Source of the DNA: an uncultured Candidatus Saccharibacteria bacterium
GTDB taxonomy: Bacteria; Patescibacteriota; Minisyncoccia; Phycocordibacterales; Phycocordibacteraceae
Assembly (NCBI GenBank): GCA_964371445.1
Contig: CAYJLK010000002.1
Coordinates: 43,718 to 107,717, forward strand
Direction of reading: 5' to 3'
Length of the DNA stretch: 64,000 nt
Below the pieces are notes generated by a model, which was given only the letters and a program-made list of their open reading frames with translations, made no database searches and had not been told where the DNA came from. Position numbers and translations under genes: made by a program. Below, in pieces: positions 38,644 to 48,866 of the stretch; the first letter of the stretch is position 1, and each line of letters begins with the position of its first letter.

Positions 38644-40173
38644 TCAACGAGCGAACTCAACGACGCGGTTCTCGCGGATGATATTGATCTTGATTTCGCC
38701 CGGATATTTGAGTTCGTCCTGGACGCGCTTCGCAATATCGCGCGCCAGCGTGTGCATCGCTATATCCGAGACCTTGCCCGGGTTCACGAAGACGCGGATC
38801 TCGCGTCCGGCCGCAATCGCATAGACCTTTTCGACACCGGGAAAGGTGGCAGCGAGGCGCTCGAGGTCGCCGAGGCGCTCGAGATAACGATCCACCGTGT
38901 CGCGGCGCGCGCCCGGGCGACCGCCCGAGATGGCGTCGGCTACTTGGACGATGACTGCCTCCGGCGTCTCATACGGATATTCCTCATGGTGCGATTGCAT
39001 CGCGAGAATGATGCGCTTGTCGACGCCAAACTTCTCGAGGATGCGCCGACCTATCTCGACGTGCGTCCCCTGTACCTCATGGTCCACCGCCTTGCCGATA
39101 TCGTGCAGGAGGGCAGCGGTGCGCGCGATAGAGGCGTCGGCGCCAAGCTCAGTTGCGAGCATGCCGGCGATATGCGCCATCTCGATCGAGTGCTGAAGCA
39201 CATTCTGGCCGAAACTGGTGCGGTAGTGGAGGCGACCAAGGAGCGCAGTGAGCTTCGGATCGAGCCCGATAACGCCGGCTTCATATGCAGCGGCTTCGCC
39301 CTTCTGCTTCACAATCTCAGCCACCTCGGCGCGCGTCTTCTCTACGGTTTCTTCAATCTTTGCCGGCTGGATGCGTCCGTCCTGAATAAGCTTCTCGAGC
39401 GCGATCTTCGCAATCGCGCGGCGAAGCGGGTCGAATGAAGAGAGTGTGATGCGATCCGGCGCGTCATCGATGAGCACATCGACGCCGGTCGCGCGTTCAA
39501 ATGCTTTGATATTGCGGCCTTCTTTGCCGATAATTTTTCCCTTCATGTCCTCCGAGGGGAGGGCGACCGAGAGTGACATCACTTCGGCGTTCACGGCGTT
39601 CCCGAGACGGTGAATCGTCGTCGTGAGGATATCGCGCGCCTTGTCTTCGAGGCGTTCTCGCCCATGCGCGGCGAGTTTCTGTAATCGTAAAAGGATCGCC
39701 TCTTCATGAGCGCGCTCTATTTCTGAAAAAAGCTCTTCGCGCGCCGCTGATTCGGAGAGGTGCGCGACCTTGGCGAGCTCCTTCGAACGTTCGAGAGTCA
39801 ATTTCTCCGCCTCGCTCCGCGCGCGAAGCGCCTCAACTTCGCGCTCCCGCACCTCATCTTCTTTTCCATCGAGATCGCGCTGGCGCGAATCGAGGAATTC
39901 CTCACGCGCCGCGATGCGTTCCTCCCTCGCCGAGAGTTTCTCTTCGCGCTCCTCGATCGGCGCGAGGCGTTCGGTCTCGATGACTTCGCCGCGGAACTCC
40001 GCATCGGCGATAATCTTTGCCGCCTGCTCCTTCGCCTGGAGCAGTTTTCGCTTTGTATCGAGCTCGACCGAACCGCGCTGAGCGAGACCGATAAGGACGC
40101 GCAACACGTAGCCGAGCGCGACGCCGCCCACGCCCGAGAGCGCGAGAAGTACCAATATAATGTTGAGTGACAT
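38644..40173 (-). CDS. rny: ribonuclease Y
   Basis: N-terminal TM, coiled coil, KH domain (GKIIGKEGRNIKAFE) and HD domain (LLHDIGKAVDHE). Confidence 0.9.
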   Translation of the reverse strand: MSLNIILVLLALSGVGGVALGYVLRVLIGLAQRGSVELDTKRKLLQAKEQAAKIIADAEFRGEVIETERLAPIEEREEKLSAREERIAAREEFLDSRQRDLDGKEDEVREREVEALRARSEAEKLTLERSKELAKVAHLSESAAREELFSEIERAHEEAILLRLQKLAAHGRERLEDKARDILTTTIHRLGNAVNAEVMSLSVALPSEDMKGKIIGKEGRNIKAFERATGVDVLIDDAPDRITLSSFDPLRRAIAKIALEKLIQDGRIQPAKIEETVEKTRAEVAEIVKQKGEAAAYEAGVIGLDPKLTALLGRLHYRTSFGQNVLQHSIEMAHIAGMLATELGADASIARTAALLHDIGKAVDHEVQGTHVEIGRRILEKFGVDKRIILAMQSHHEEYPYETPEAVIVQVADAISGGRPGARRDTVDRYLERLGDLERLAATFPGVEKVYAIAAGREIRVFVNPGKVSDIAMHTLARDIAKRVQDELKYPGEIKINIIRENRVVEFAR

Positions 40174-40481
40174 ACGCCCGTTTTGTTACGTTTCGCGCCT
40201 GCGCGCGAAGCGGATAAAGTCTAGAAAGGGGAGGGGCGGTGGAGCGGTCAGTAGCAGCCAGTCAGCGGGGCGGTATGCCCGGACACCACTTTTGGCATTA
40301 TTGTGTTCGTGCCAACCGATGCTTTCGTCCTGCGATATCGCCTTTGTTTTCGCGATTCCACGGAACTGCTCTCGGCACAATAACCAAGGCACGATGCCAA
40401 ATGTGGTGTACGGGTATGAGGGGACTCTACCATAAACAAAACGCGCCGACCAAGTCGGCGCGTTTTGTCTCTCTGTGCTCG

Positions 40482-41084
40482 TTAATTAAACACTTTGTCG
40501 ACGAGACCGTACTTCTTGGCTTCGTCAGCAGTCATGAAGAAGTCGCGCTCCACGTCCTTCTCAATCTTCTCCAGTTTCTGCCCGGTGTTCTTGGCGAGTA
40601 TCTTGTTGAGGACCGCGCGGAGCTTCAGTATCTGCTTCGCCGTAATCTCGATATCAGTCGCCTGACCTTCGGCGCCGCCATGCGGCTGATGAATCATCAC
40701 CTCGGCATTCGGGAGGGCGTAGCGCTTGCCTTTCTGGCCCGCCGAGAGGAGGATCGCCGCGCCCGAGGCCGCCATGCCGACGCACACGGTCGAGACATTC
40801 GGCTTCACGTGATTCATCGTGTCTACCATCGCCAAGGTCGCCGTCACCGAGCCGCCCGGCGAGTTGATGTAGAGGGAAATGTCTTTCTTCGGGTCCTCCG
40901 CCTCCAAAAAGAGGAGTTGGGCGATGACGAGATTCGCTACGTCGTCGTCGATCGGTCCGCCGAGAAAGACGATACGCTCCTTGAGGAGTCGCGAGTAGAT
41001 GTCGTAGGCGCGTTCGCCGAACTGGCTCTTCTCGATGACCATCGGGACGAGCATCGAAGCGCGCGGTTGTGTGTATGTGTTCAT
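40482..41084 (-). CDS. clpP: ATP-dependent Clp protease proteolytic subunit
   Basis: Trimmed to [18 protein letters not shown].... Catalytic Ser context [10 protein letters not shown]. Confidence 0.9.
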   Translation of the reverse strand: MNTYTQPRASMLVPMVIEKSQFGERAYDIYSRLLKERIVFLGGPIDDDVANLVIAQLLFLEAEDPKKDISLYINSPGGSVTATLAMVDTMNHVKPNVSTVCVGMAASGAAILLSAGQKGKRYALPNAEVMIHQPHGGAEGQATDIEITAKQILKLRAVLNKILAKNTGQKLEKIEKDVERDFFMTADEAKKYGLVDKVFN

Positions 41085-41101
41085 AGTAAAATAATTAGAC
41101 G

Positions 41102-41356
41102 TTACTCCGCGGTTGCTGACTCGGTAAATATTTGATTCTGCGCGATTCGTTCGCCCCATGCGTAGAAGGCGCCGATGATGATCATAAGCACGATGATGAC
41201 AATCGAGATGACTGCCCCCCAGGACTGTGCGGCGGGAGAGGGGACGCCAAGCGGCACTCCCTGGTGCGCCGCAGGCGTTACCGGCACGCCGACCTGCGGA
41301 GTGTTCTCACCGGACGGAAGAAGTTTTTCGGGTTCCATATTATTTTGAGTCGTCAT
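41102..41356 (-). CDS. small C-terminally anchored membrane protein, hypothetical
   Basis: About 84 aa from [11 protein letters not shown] with a C-terminal TM ([23 protein letters not shown]). Confidence 0.4.
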   Translation of the reverse strand: MTTQNNMEPEKLLPSGENTPQVGVPVTPAAHQGVPLGVPSPAAQSWGAVISIVIIVLMIIIGAFYAWGERIAQNQIFTESATAE

Positions 41357-41864
41357 ACATCTTCCGCGCTCGTTCAAAGGCTTCCATCGCCTTTGCGGCG
41401 CCCTCGTATCCGTCGATCTTCACTTCGACCGGTTTCCCTTTGAGACTCTTGTACGTCTCGAAGAAATGCACGAACTCCTTGAGCTGATGCTGATTGACGT
41501 CCTGCAGATCCTGTACATCATCCCAACGCCTATCCTCGACCGGCACGGCAATAATCTTCTCATCGGCGTCGCCGCCGTCGATCATATGAAGAATCCCCAC
41601 CGGCCGCGCGACGACGAGGACGCCGACGTCGAGCGGGTAGGTCGTGAGCACGATCACATCAAGCGCGTCGCCGTCGTCCCAGAGGGTCTGCGGCACGAAG
41701 CCGTAATCGAAGGGATAGGCCGCCGCCGAGTAATTGGCGCGGTCGAGCTTGATGAGACCGGTCTTCTTATCGATCTCATACTTGTTATGCGAGTCCTTGG
41801 GGATTTCAATGATGACGTTCATCGCCTCCTTCGTCCCCGGCTCAATGTCGTGCAGTAGGTTCAT
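41340..41864 (-). CDS. ppa: inorganic pyrophosphatase (family I)
   Basis: From Met15 of the ORF (MNLLHDIEPGTKEAMNVIIEIPKDSHNKYEID...) a canonical PPase. 14 in-frame upstream codons (MRAFASFINIISNG) with a GGGAGG SD lie inside the inverted-repeat element. Confidence 0.88.
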   Translation of the reverse strand: MNLLHDIEPGTKEAMNVIIEIPKDSHNKYEIDKKTGLIKLDRANYSAAAYPFDYGFVPQTLWDDGDALDVIVLTTYPLDVGVLVVARPVGILHMIDGGDADEKIIAVPVEDRRWDDVQDLQDVNQHQLKEFVHFFETYKSLKGKPVEVKIDGYEGAAKAMEAFERARKMYDDSK

Positions 41865-41943
41865 CCCGTTAGAAATTATGTTAATAAACGACGCAAACGC
41901 TCGCATACTTCCTCCCGCTCATTTCGGCATTTCTAACGGGATT
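41864..41943. repeat. inverted-repeat element ATCCCGTTAGAAAT-N52-ATTTCTAACGGGAT at the ppa start
   Basis: Seen directly. Arms at 41864-41877 and 41930-41943 (+/-1). On the ppa sense strand the order is TATAAT-8nt-ATGAATCCCGTTAGAAAT-22nt-ATG(M1)...ATTTCTAACGGG-ATG(M15). Confidence 0.6.
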
Positions 41944-41998
41944 CATATTCGTGGATTATAGCGCAGCGCCGACTTTTTCAAAGTCGGCGTTCGGTTTC

Positions 41999-43414
41999 CT
42001 ATTCGTCTTTCGCTTTGTCGCGATCTTCTCCAGCGTCAGCGACGGTCTCGTCGCTTGCAGGGAGCTGGGTCAGTTCCTCTTCAGCCGGGAGCTCGGTCGC
42101 CTGCGGCGCCTCGTCCGTAACAAGCTCCATGCTCTCGGTCGGCATGAGACCGACCGCAATGGCCGGATCCTCTTCAGGCGTGACGGCGACTGTCTCGCCG
42201 TCTGACTCCGCAACTTCGGCGCCGCCGGTTGAAACGATATCGATGTTCCAGCCGGTAAGCTTCGCCGCGAGGCGGACGTTCTGACCGCCCCTACCGATGG
42301 CGAGCGACTGTTCGTCTTCGGCGACCGTCACCGTCGCGCGGTGATCAGCCTCGTCGAGCACGACGTCAAGCGGGGTCGCGGGGGAGAGCGCCTCTTTTAT
42401 GAATGCTGCCGCATCATCATTCCACTCGATGATGTCGATGCGTTCGCCGCCGAGCTCGCTCATGACGGTCGAGACGCGCACACCGCGCTGACCGACGAGA
42501 GAACCGACCGGATCGACGTGCGGATCCTTCGAGGCGAGCGCGATCTTGGTGCGGCTCCCCGGCTCGCGCGCAAGCGCCTTCACTTCTATCGCGCCCGATG
42601 CGAGTTCCGGCGCTTCCATCTCAAACAGCTTCACCACGAACTTCGGATGCGCGCGGGAGAGGCGCAGATATACGCCGCGGAATCCCTCATCAACCGCATA
42701 GAGATAGGCGCGGATGCGCTCGCCCATACGGTACCGCTCGCCCGGAATCTGTTCCTCGTAGGGGATGATGCCGGTGGTGCGGCCGAGGTCGACAAAGATC
42801 GCCCCGCGCTCCATGCGCTGGACGATGCCGCCCACGATCTCGCCCTTTTTCTCGCCGAATTCCTCCATCATGGAGAGTTTTTCGGCCTCGCGCACCTTTT
42901 GGATGACCACCTGCTTGGCGGTCTGCGCCGCGATGCGGCCGAAGTCGTCCTGCGGCTCGAGCGGGAAGATAATTTCTTCATTCACGCTCACCCCGCGCTT
43001 CATCAGCTTCGCGTCGGCGAGCAGAATGTGCTTCTCGGGGTCAAAGCGCGGCAGCTCGCCTTCGGCGAGATGCTCATCGCCCTCATGAAATCCGTGCCCG
43101 TGCTGGTGCTCCTCGGGAATCTCTTCGCCCTCCTCGGGGAAACGCACCGTCGTGTCGTCCACGACGGTCTTTACCTGTTCAAAGGCAATCGTGCCCGTAT
43201 TGAGGTCGAGTTTTGCATGAACGACCTGTCCGCGCTTGCCGTATTCGCGCTTATACGCAGTCGCCATCGCGCTCTCAATCGCCTCGATCATGGTCGCGCG
43301 GCTGATGCCCCGATCTTCGAACTCTCCGAGCACTGCGTTGATGGTCTTTAGGTCAATCATGGTATGGGTTGTGTATGTTGCACTTTTTAAAAAGAAAGCC
43401 CGCAAAGCGGACAT
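41999..43414 (-). CDS. nusA: transcription termination/antitermination factor NusA with acidic C-terminal extension
   Basis: S1 plus two KH domains (GSRTKIALASKDPHVDPVGSLVGQRGVRV). Long Glu/Asp-rich C-term. True start probably MIDLKTINAV at about 43360. Confidence 0.88.
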   Translation of the reverse strand: MSALRAFFLKSATYTTHTMIDLKTINAVLGEFEDRGISRATMIEAIESAMATAYKREYGKRGQVVHAKLDLNTGTIAFEQVKTVVDDTTVRFPEEGEEIPEEHQHGHGFHEGDEHLAEGELPRFDPEKHILLADAKLMKRGVSVNEEIIFPLEPQDDFGRIAAQTAKQVVIQKVREAEKLSMMEEFGEKKGEIVGGIVQRMERGAIFVDLGRTTGIIPYEEQIPGERYRMGERIRAYLYAVDEGFRGVYLRLSRAHPKFVVKLFEMEAPELASGAIEVKALAREPGSRTKIALASKDPHVDPVGSLVGQRGVRVSTVMSELGGERIDIIEWNDDAAAFIKEALSPATPLDVVLDEADHRATVTVAEDEQSLAIGRGGQNVRLAAKLTGWNIDIVSTGGAEVAESDGETVAVTPEEDPAIAVGLMPTESMELVTDEAPQATELPAEEELTQLPASDETVADAGEDRDKAKDE

Positions 43415-43511
43415 TCAGATAGTTGCAAGTATACCAGATACGCTTCGCACGTCAATAATGTGTGCAATGAGCGTTTTGCCCATAGCAGAGCGCGCTATAC
43501 TTATCCGTAAT

Positions 43512-45260
43512 ATGCACGTTTCGGAAGGCGAACTGAAAGAATTCATCACTGATTCTGGCCTTGTCGCCAAGAAAGAGATCGATGCCGCCGACAAAGAAGC
43601 AAAAGCGCGCGGACAATCGCTCGGTGCGGTCCTCGTCTCGCGCGGTTCTCTGACCGAAGACGCGCTCCGGCGCATCCAGGCATACGTGCTCGGCATTCCG
43701 TTCGTCAATCTTAAGGAACATCGCGTTCCCGTCGACGTGCTCGCGCTCATCCCAGAACCGATTGCGCGCACGCACAACATCATCGCGTTTAAGAAGGACG
43801 GCGACTCCCTTGAAGTGGCGATGCTCGACGTCGAAGACCTCGCATCGATCGACTCGGTGCGGAAGAAGACGGGGCTCAAGATCCTTTCGCGGCTGACCGA
43901 CACGGAGAGCATCAAGTATACGCTTCTGCAATACCAGAAGTCGCTGAAGGACGAGTTCGGCGATATCATCTCGACCGAAGCGGGGAAGATCCGCGTCGTA
44001 ACGGAGGGCGGGAAGGAGCTCTCGGGCGACGAACTGAAAAAGATGGCCGAGGATCTGCCGATCGTGCGCATCGTCGACACCCTGCTCCGCCACGCGATCG
44101 TCCAGGGCGCCTCCGACATCCATATCGAACCGATGGAGAGCGAAGTGCTCGTCCGCTATCGCATCGACGGCATTCTCCACGATGCGATGACACTCCCGCG
44201 GCCTGCGGCCGCGGGCATCGTCGCACGCATCAAGGTCTTGTCCAACTTAAAGCTCGATGAGAAGCGCCTCCCCCAGGACGGCCGGTTCAAGATGGAGACT
44301 GAAGCCGATCGAGTATCCTTCCGCGTCTCGATACTCCCGACCTTCTTCGGCGAAAAGACCGTTATGCGCCTTCTGCGCGAGACCGGAGAAGGCTTCACGC
44401 TTGATGTGCTCGGGCTCCACGGCGAGAATATGGAGCGCATCCACCACGCGCTCACGCAAACGACCGGTATCATCCTTGTCTCGGGGCCGACCGGAAGCGG
44501 AAAGACGACGACGCTCTATACGATGCTCGACATTTTGAATCAGCCGGACGTCAATATCTCCACTGTCGAGGATCCAATCGAATACCAGATGAAGCGCGTG
44601 AACCAGACGCAGGTGAATCCGCAGATAGGATTTACCTTCGCGAGCGGACTCCGGTCCCTCGTGCGCCAGGACCCGGACATCATCATGGTCGGCGAGATCC
44701 GCGACAGCGAGACGGCGTCGCTCGCAATCAATGCCGCACTGACCGGTCACCTGGTCCTCTCGACCATCCACACCAACAGCGCCGCGGGCGCCATTCCGCG
44801 GCTTATCGATATGGGCGTCGAACCGTTTCTGTTGGTCTCTACGCTCCGCGTCATCATCGGTCAGCGCCTCGTGCGCAAGCTCTGCGAGGGCAAGGAGCAA
44901 TACTCAATGGACAAGGCGACACGCGGGAAGATCGCGAGCGAAGAAGAGTTCAATGTTGCATTCAAAACGCTTAAGGACGAGAAGCTGGTGAAAGAAGGTT
45001 CCACGCTCGACGACATCGCGTTCTATCGGCCGAAGGAGTCCGCCGAATGCGCCGACGGATACAAGAGCCGCATCGGCATTCATGAAGTGCTCTCAGTCTC
45101 GCCGACCATCCGCGAGATTATGCTGCACTCGAGCACGAGCGGCGCTATCGAGGAGCAGGCGAAGAAAGAAGGCATGCTCACGATGTTTGAAGATGGACTC
45201 TACAAGGCCGCGCGCGGCGTTACCTCAGTCGAAGAAGTGCTCCGCGCCATCACCGAATAA
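43512..45260 (+). CDS. pilB: type IV pilus assembly ATPase PilB/GspE family
   Basis: Trimmed to MHVSEGELKEF.... GspE N-domain, Walker A VSGPTGSGKTTTLYT, and a tetracysteine-like region. Confidence 0.88.
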   Translation: MHVSEGELKEFITDSGLVAKKEIDAADKEAKARGQSLGAVLVSRGSLTEDALRRIQAYVLGIPFVNLKEHRVPVDVLALIPEPIARTHNIIAFKKDGDSLEVAMLDVEDLASIDSVRKKTGLKILSRLTDTESIKYTLLQYQKSLKDEFGDIISTEAGKIRVVTEGGKELSGDELKKMAEDLPIVRIVDTLLRHAIVQGASDIHIEPMESEVLVRYRIDGILHDAMTLPRPAAAGIVARIKVLSNLKLDEKRLPQDGRFKMETEADRVSFRVSILPTFFGEKTVMRLLRETGEGFTLDVLGLHGENMERIHHALTQTTGIILVSGPTGSGKTTTLYTMLDILNQPDVNISTVEDPIEYQMKRVNQTQVNPQIGFTFASGLRSLVRQDPDIIMVGEIRDSETASLAINAALTGHLVLSTIHTNSAAGAIPRLIDMGVEPFLLVSTLRVIIGQRLVRKLCEGKEQYSMDKATRGKIASEEEFNVAFKTLKDEKLVKEGSTLDDIAFYRPKESAECADGYKSRIGIHEVLSVSPTIREIMLHSSTSGAIEEQAKKEGMLTMFEDGLYKAARGVTSVEEVLRAITE

Positions 45261-45336
45261 CTATGCCCCGTATGACAACCTCAATCTTCAAGCGTTTTTC
45301 TAAAGAGGCAACTTATGTAAAGTTGTCATACGGGGT

Positions 45337-46551
45337 ATGAAATTTCGCGTCACTATACGCAAAGAGGGAGTGCCGGATGTCGAGAGCCTCATCGAGGCGC
45401 CGTCACGCTTCGCAGTATACGAACAAGTGCAGAATGATGGCGGGTTCGTCGTCAAACTTTCCGAAGTGGGCCGGGCATCCGCCCTATCAAAGTGGCTTTC
45501 CTACAGCATCGGCACCGGCATAAAGCGCTCCGAGATTATCCGCATGGTGCGGAACCTTTCCGCGATGCTCACCGCCGGGCTCTCGCTGTCGCGCGCGCTC
45601 TCGGTCATCGAACGGCAATCGGGCAACGCGCACCTGAAGGCGATCATCATCGAGCTCTCCGATTCGATAAAGAAAGGATCCTCATTCCATGAGGGATTGA
45701 GCGCTCATCCGAACGTGTTCCCTAAGATACTCGTCGCGATGGTGCGCGCCGGTGAAGAGTCGGGCTCTCTGTCCGATGCGCTTCTCATCGTCGGACTGCA
45801 GATGGAGCGTTCTGAAGAGCTCATACGCAAGATTAAGGGCGCGATGATCTATCCCTCGATTGTTATTTCGACGGTCATTATCGTCGGCATCCTGATGCTC
45901 ATCTATGTTGTCCCGACGCTCACCCACACCTTTAATCAGCTCGGCGTTGAAGTGCCGCTCGCAACCCGCATCATCGTCGGCCTTTCGAACTTCATGGTGG
46001 CTCATATCATCCTTGTCCTCGCGCTACTTATCGCAGGCGTCGTCGGCGGCATCGCCGCGGCGCGTTCGAGGTGGGGGAGCAATCTCATCCTTGCCGGAGC
46101 GCTGTATCTGCCGGTCATCGGGGAGCTCGTGCGAGAAACATACACCGCACGCGCGGCGCGGACGCTTTCGTCGCTCCTCTCTTCGGGCGTACCGGTCCTC
46201 GACGCCCTTTCTATTACGAAGGAGGTTGTGCGCGCAGATGCATTCGCGAACGTGGTTGGAGAAGCGGAAGAGCACGTGAAGAAAGGGGAGCTTCTCTCCG
46301 CGTCATTCGCCGAACACACGCGGCTCTATCCGATCCTGATGAGCGACATGCTCGCCGTCGGAGAAGAGACGGGCAAGGTCGCCGAGATGCTGAAACAGAT
46401 TGCAGAATTTTATGAAGCAGATGTCGCCGCGCAGACGAAGGACCTCTCGACCATCATCGAGCCGGTGCTCATGCTCGTCATCGGCGCCTTCGTCGGCATC
46501 TTCGCCGTCTCAATCATCGCGCCGATCTACTCGCTCTCCTCAGCGTTTTAA
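45337..46551 (+). CDS. pilC: type IV pilus inner-membrane platform protein PilC/GspF family
   Basis: 404 aa with two T2SSF repeats and 3 TM. Confidence 0.88.
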   Translation: MKFRVTIRKEGVPDVESLIEAPSRFAVYEQVQNDGGFVVKLSEVGRASALSKWLSYSIGTGIKRSEIIRMVRNLSAMLTAGLSLSRALSVIERQSGNAHLKAIIIELSDSIKKGSSFHEGLSAHPNVFPKILVAMVRAGEESGSLSDALLIVGLQMERSEELIRKIKGAMIYPSIVISTVIIVGILMLIYVVPTLTHTFNQLGVEVPLATRIIVGLSNFMVAHIILVLALLIAGVVGGIAAARSRWGSNLILAGALYLPVIGELVRETYTARAARTLSSLLSSGVPVLDALSITKEVVRADAFANVVGEAEEHVKKGELLSASFAEHTRLYPILMSDMLAVGEETGKVAEMLKQIAEFYEADVAAQTKDLSTIIEPVLMLVIGAFVGIFAVSIIAPIYSLSSAF

Positions 46552-48318
46552 CTAGCGCGTAATCGCGTAGGTGCCGGGAACCACTGCCCACGAACCGCCC
46601 GGTCCGTTGGAGAAGCTGGCGTTCTGCAATCCGTTCAGGTAATAAATGCTTGCATTATTTTCCAGTTTTAGGAATTTCGCGGTTATTTGGCTTGCCCGGG
46701 CGCCATTATTGACGTCTACCGTGCCGTACGGCGCATACAAAATGACGCCGGCCGCATTATTTGAAAGTTCGATGGCGTTCGGTCCGGTATTCGTACTGAT
46801 GATCATCGGGAAACTATTTGTGCTCCCGTTTCCGTTGATGATGACATTGTTTGAGAGGTCCACAATTCCTCTTGTTGCTGTATCGCCCGTCGCATCCGCA
46901 ATGATAATCGCCCCGGAGCTGCCAGTGCTCGGCGAAACGCCGAGCGTCATATTGTTTGAGAACAGGACGTTCCCGTTCACCCAGACCGGTCCGGAGAGCG
47001 TGAGCGCCGCGCCGTTCGTGACCGTCAGGTTACCGTCAATTTTCTTCGGGCCGAGCGTCACGGCACCCGCCAGCTGATAGGGACCGGCTATCGTGCCTCC
47101 CGCGGCGGCGATCTCTTCCCACTGTGCGATCTGCGCATCGCTGATAGGGAGCGGTACCGGCGCCGCGGGAAGTACGCCGGCGTGGCTTGTCCCCGCGACA
47201 CTACAGCTCGACGTCGTCTGGTAGGACGCATCGCCGCCGATTGTACAGCCTACAAGCGAGGTGGCCCACGCGCTCCCCTCGACCGTTACTCCGGAGATCG
47301 AAGTGGCCAAGCCAGTGACATACACCCTGAAGTTCAGATCGCCGGTAATGCCGCTCCACGTCGGATTCTGCGCATTCCAGTTACTGCTGTGTTTCGCGGA
47401 GCCTCTTGCGTAGCCGCTGCCGCTGTCCAATCCCCAGGTGACGTAGTTGCTCGCGCTGACCGGCACAATCGCGATAATCCAATACGTCTCTTCTGCGGTA
47501 AGAAACGGCGTGTCCTCGAGCGTGACGTCGACAAATCCGTATGTGGTTGTGACGAGCGACGAGGGGATTGTGCCGCTCGCGAGCACCGTCGTCGACGGCT
47601 TTCCGTTGTCGTCGGCAACGACCTTTATGGTGATATCGCCTGGATTTCCCGTCTTTTTCATATGCAGTGTCATTCTCGCGAGAGAAGCACTGACCGACGG
47701 CTTCATTGATTGCGAGACCGCCGCGTGCGCGGAGATATCTCCCACCGAAAAGCCACTGTCCCGCACGATCCACTCCTGATCGGCGACCGCATCGACACCC
47801 ACCGCAACGGTCGCATCGCCGGTAATCGTGCCGCTCCCTGAGATATCGCCGTTCGCGAACACATTTCCTTCAATGCGCGACCCGTTATCCATCGAAACTC
47901 CACCGATGCCGAGTTGCACCCCGTAGCGGAACGACACGAACGATGAATTTATGCTGACCATCGTCTGAATGACTTTTGTCGCGGTCGGATTCGCGCTGTT
48001 CGGCACCGTGCCGGTAACCGTGAGGCGCTTGGTGTTGCCGTCGATGCTTGAGACCGATACGCTGACCGTCCCGTTGCCGAGCGCCGTGTCGCTCTCTCCA
48101 GAATAATTTCCGTTTTGATTCAATTCGTAGACCGCCTTGTCGACCCCCGCTTCTGCGAGCGCGAGCGCTTGTGCGGATGCGAGCGCAAAACGTTCCGCAT
48201 GCACTGCGCTTCCGAAATAGCCGAAGAAACTGGTCATGACACTCATGACGATGGCGCTCGCAACGAGAGCGAGCAGGAGGATGGAACCGCGATTGTGGTG
48301 AAGGAAGCGCGTGGTCAT
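46552..48318 (-). CDS. large PilX-like minor pilin / pilus-associated protein
   Basis: 588 aa. N-terminal hydrophobic segment plus ALALAEAGVDKAVYEL, the PilX_N AEAG motif. The rest is beta-rich and Ser/Thr/Gly/Asn-rich. Confidence 0.65.
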   Translation of the reverse strand: MTTRFLHHNRGSILLLALVASAIVMSVMTSFFGYFGSAVHAERFALASAQALALAEAGVDKAVYELNQNGNYSGESDTALGNGTVSVSVSSIDGNTKRLTVTGTVPNSANPTATKVIQTMVSINSSFVSFRYGVQLGIGGVSMDNGSRIEGNVFANGDISGSGTITGDATVAVGVDAVADQEWIVRDSGFSVGDISAHAAVSQSMKPSVSASLARMTLHMKKTGNPGDITIKVVADDNGKPSTTVLASGTIPSSLVTTTYGFVDVTLEDTPFLTAEETYWIIAIVPVSASNYVTWGLDSGSGYARGSAKHSSNWNAQNPTWSGITGDLNFRVYVTGLATSISGVTVEGSAWATSLVGCTIGGDASYQTTSSCSVAGTSHAGVLPAAPVPLPISDAQIAQWEEIAAAGGTIAGPYQLAGAVTLGPKKIDGNLTVTNGAALTLSGPVWVNGNVLFSNNMTLGVSPSTGSSGAIIIADATGDTATRGIVDLSNNVIINGNGSTNSFPMIISTNTGPNAIELSNNAAGVILYAPYGTVDVNNGARASQITAKFLKLENNASIYYLNGLQNASFSNGPGGSWAVVPGTYAITR

Positions 48319-48863
48319 AGGTTTCGCAGATACAGATGCTCGCGGAGATGCGTCTGCACCGTATCTCCACGAATCAAAGCACTCGTGGTGGCATCGACGG
48401 TGACGCTCGCGACTGCAGGGAAGCTCGCACTATCGTAGGTGAAGCTGAGCGCATCGAGCGCGGATGTCAGCTGTTTCTCCCCCGAGACGCGCGCACTGCC
48501 GGCCGCCGCGTCAGTGAGCCGATAGGCATTCGTACCCGACGCAAAGATACCGATATAGTCATAGGTGTTCGCGATAGTGGCGCCCGATGCATCGATGGCG
48601 GGGAGCTCGAAGACTGCGGTCGTCGTCCCCGACGTATACGCAACGCCGGAAAAGACGTGCGACGCGACGACGTGGTCCGCCTGCAACCCCGCAGTGCGCA
48701 CCGCATCCATAATACTGCTCCCACCGAGCGTGATGCCAATCGATGATTTCTGCAATGAAATAAAATGCCCGTACACGACGGAGAGCTGTGTCACCGCCAG
48801 TATGAGAACGACGAAGAGTGCGACGGTGATGAGTGTCTCGATGAGGGTAAAGCCGCGAGTCAT
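48315..48863 (-). CDS. type IV pilin-like protein (prepilin signal)
   Basis: MTRGFTLIETLITVALFVVLILAV is a class III signal peptide with G-FTLIE. 182 aa. Confidence 0.75.
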   Translation of the reverse strand: MTRGFTLIETLITVALFVVLILAVTQLSVVYGHFISLQKSSIGITLGGSSIMDAVRTAGLQADHVVASHVFSGVAYTSGTTTAVFELPAIDASGATIANTYDYIGIFASGTNAYRLTDAAAGSARVSGEKQLTSALDALSFTYDSASFPAVASVTVDATTSALIRGDTVQTHLREHLYLRNL

Positions 48864-48866
48864 AGA

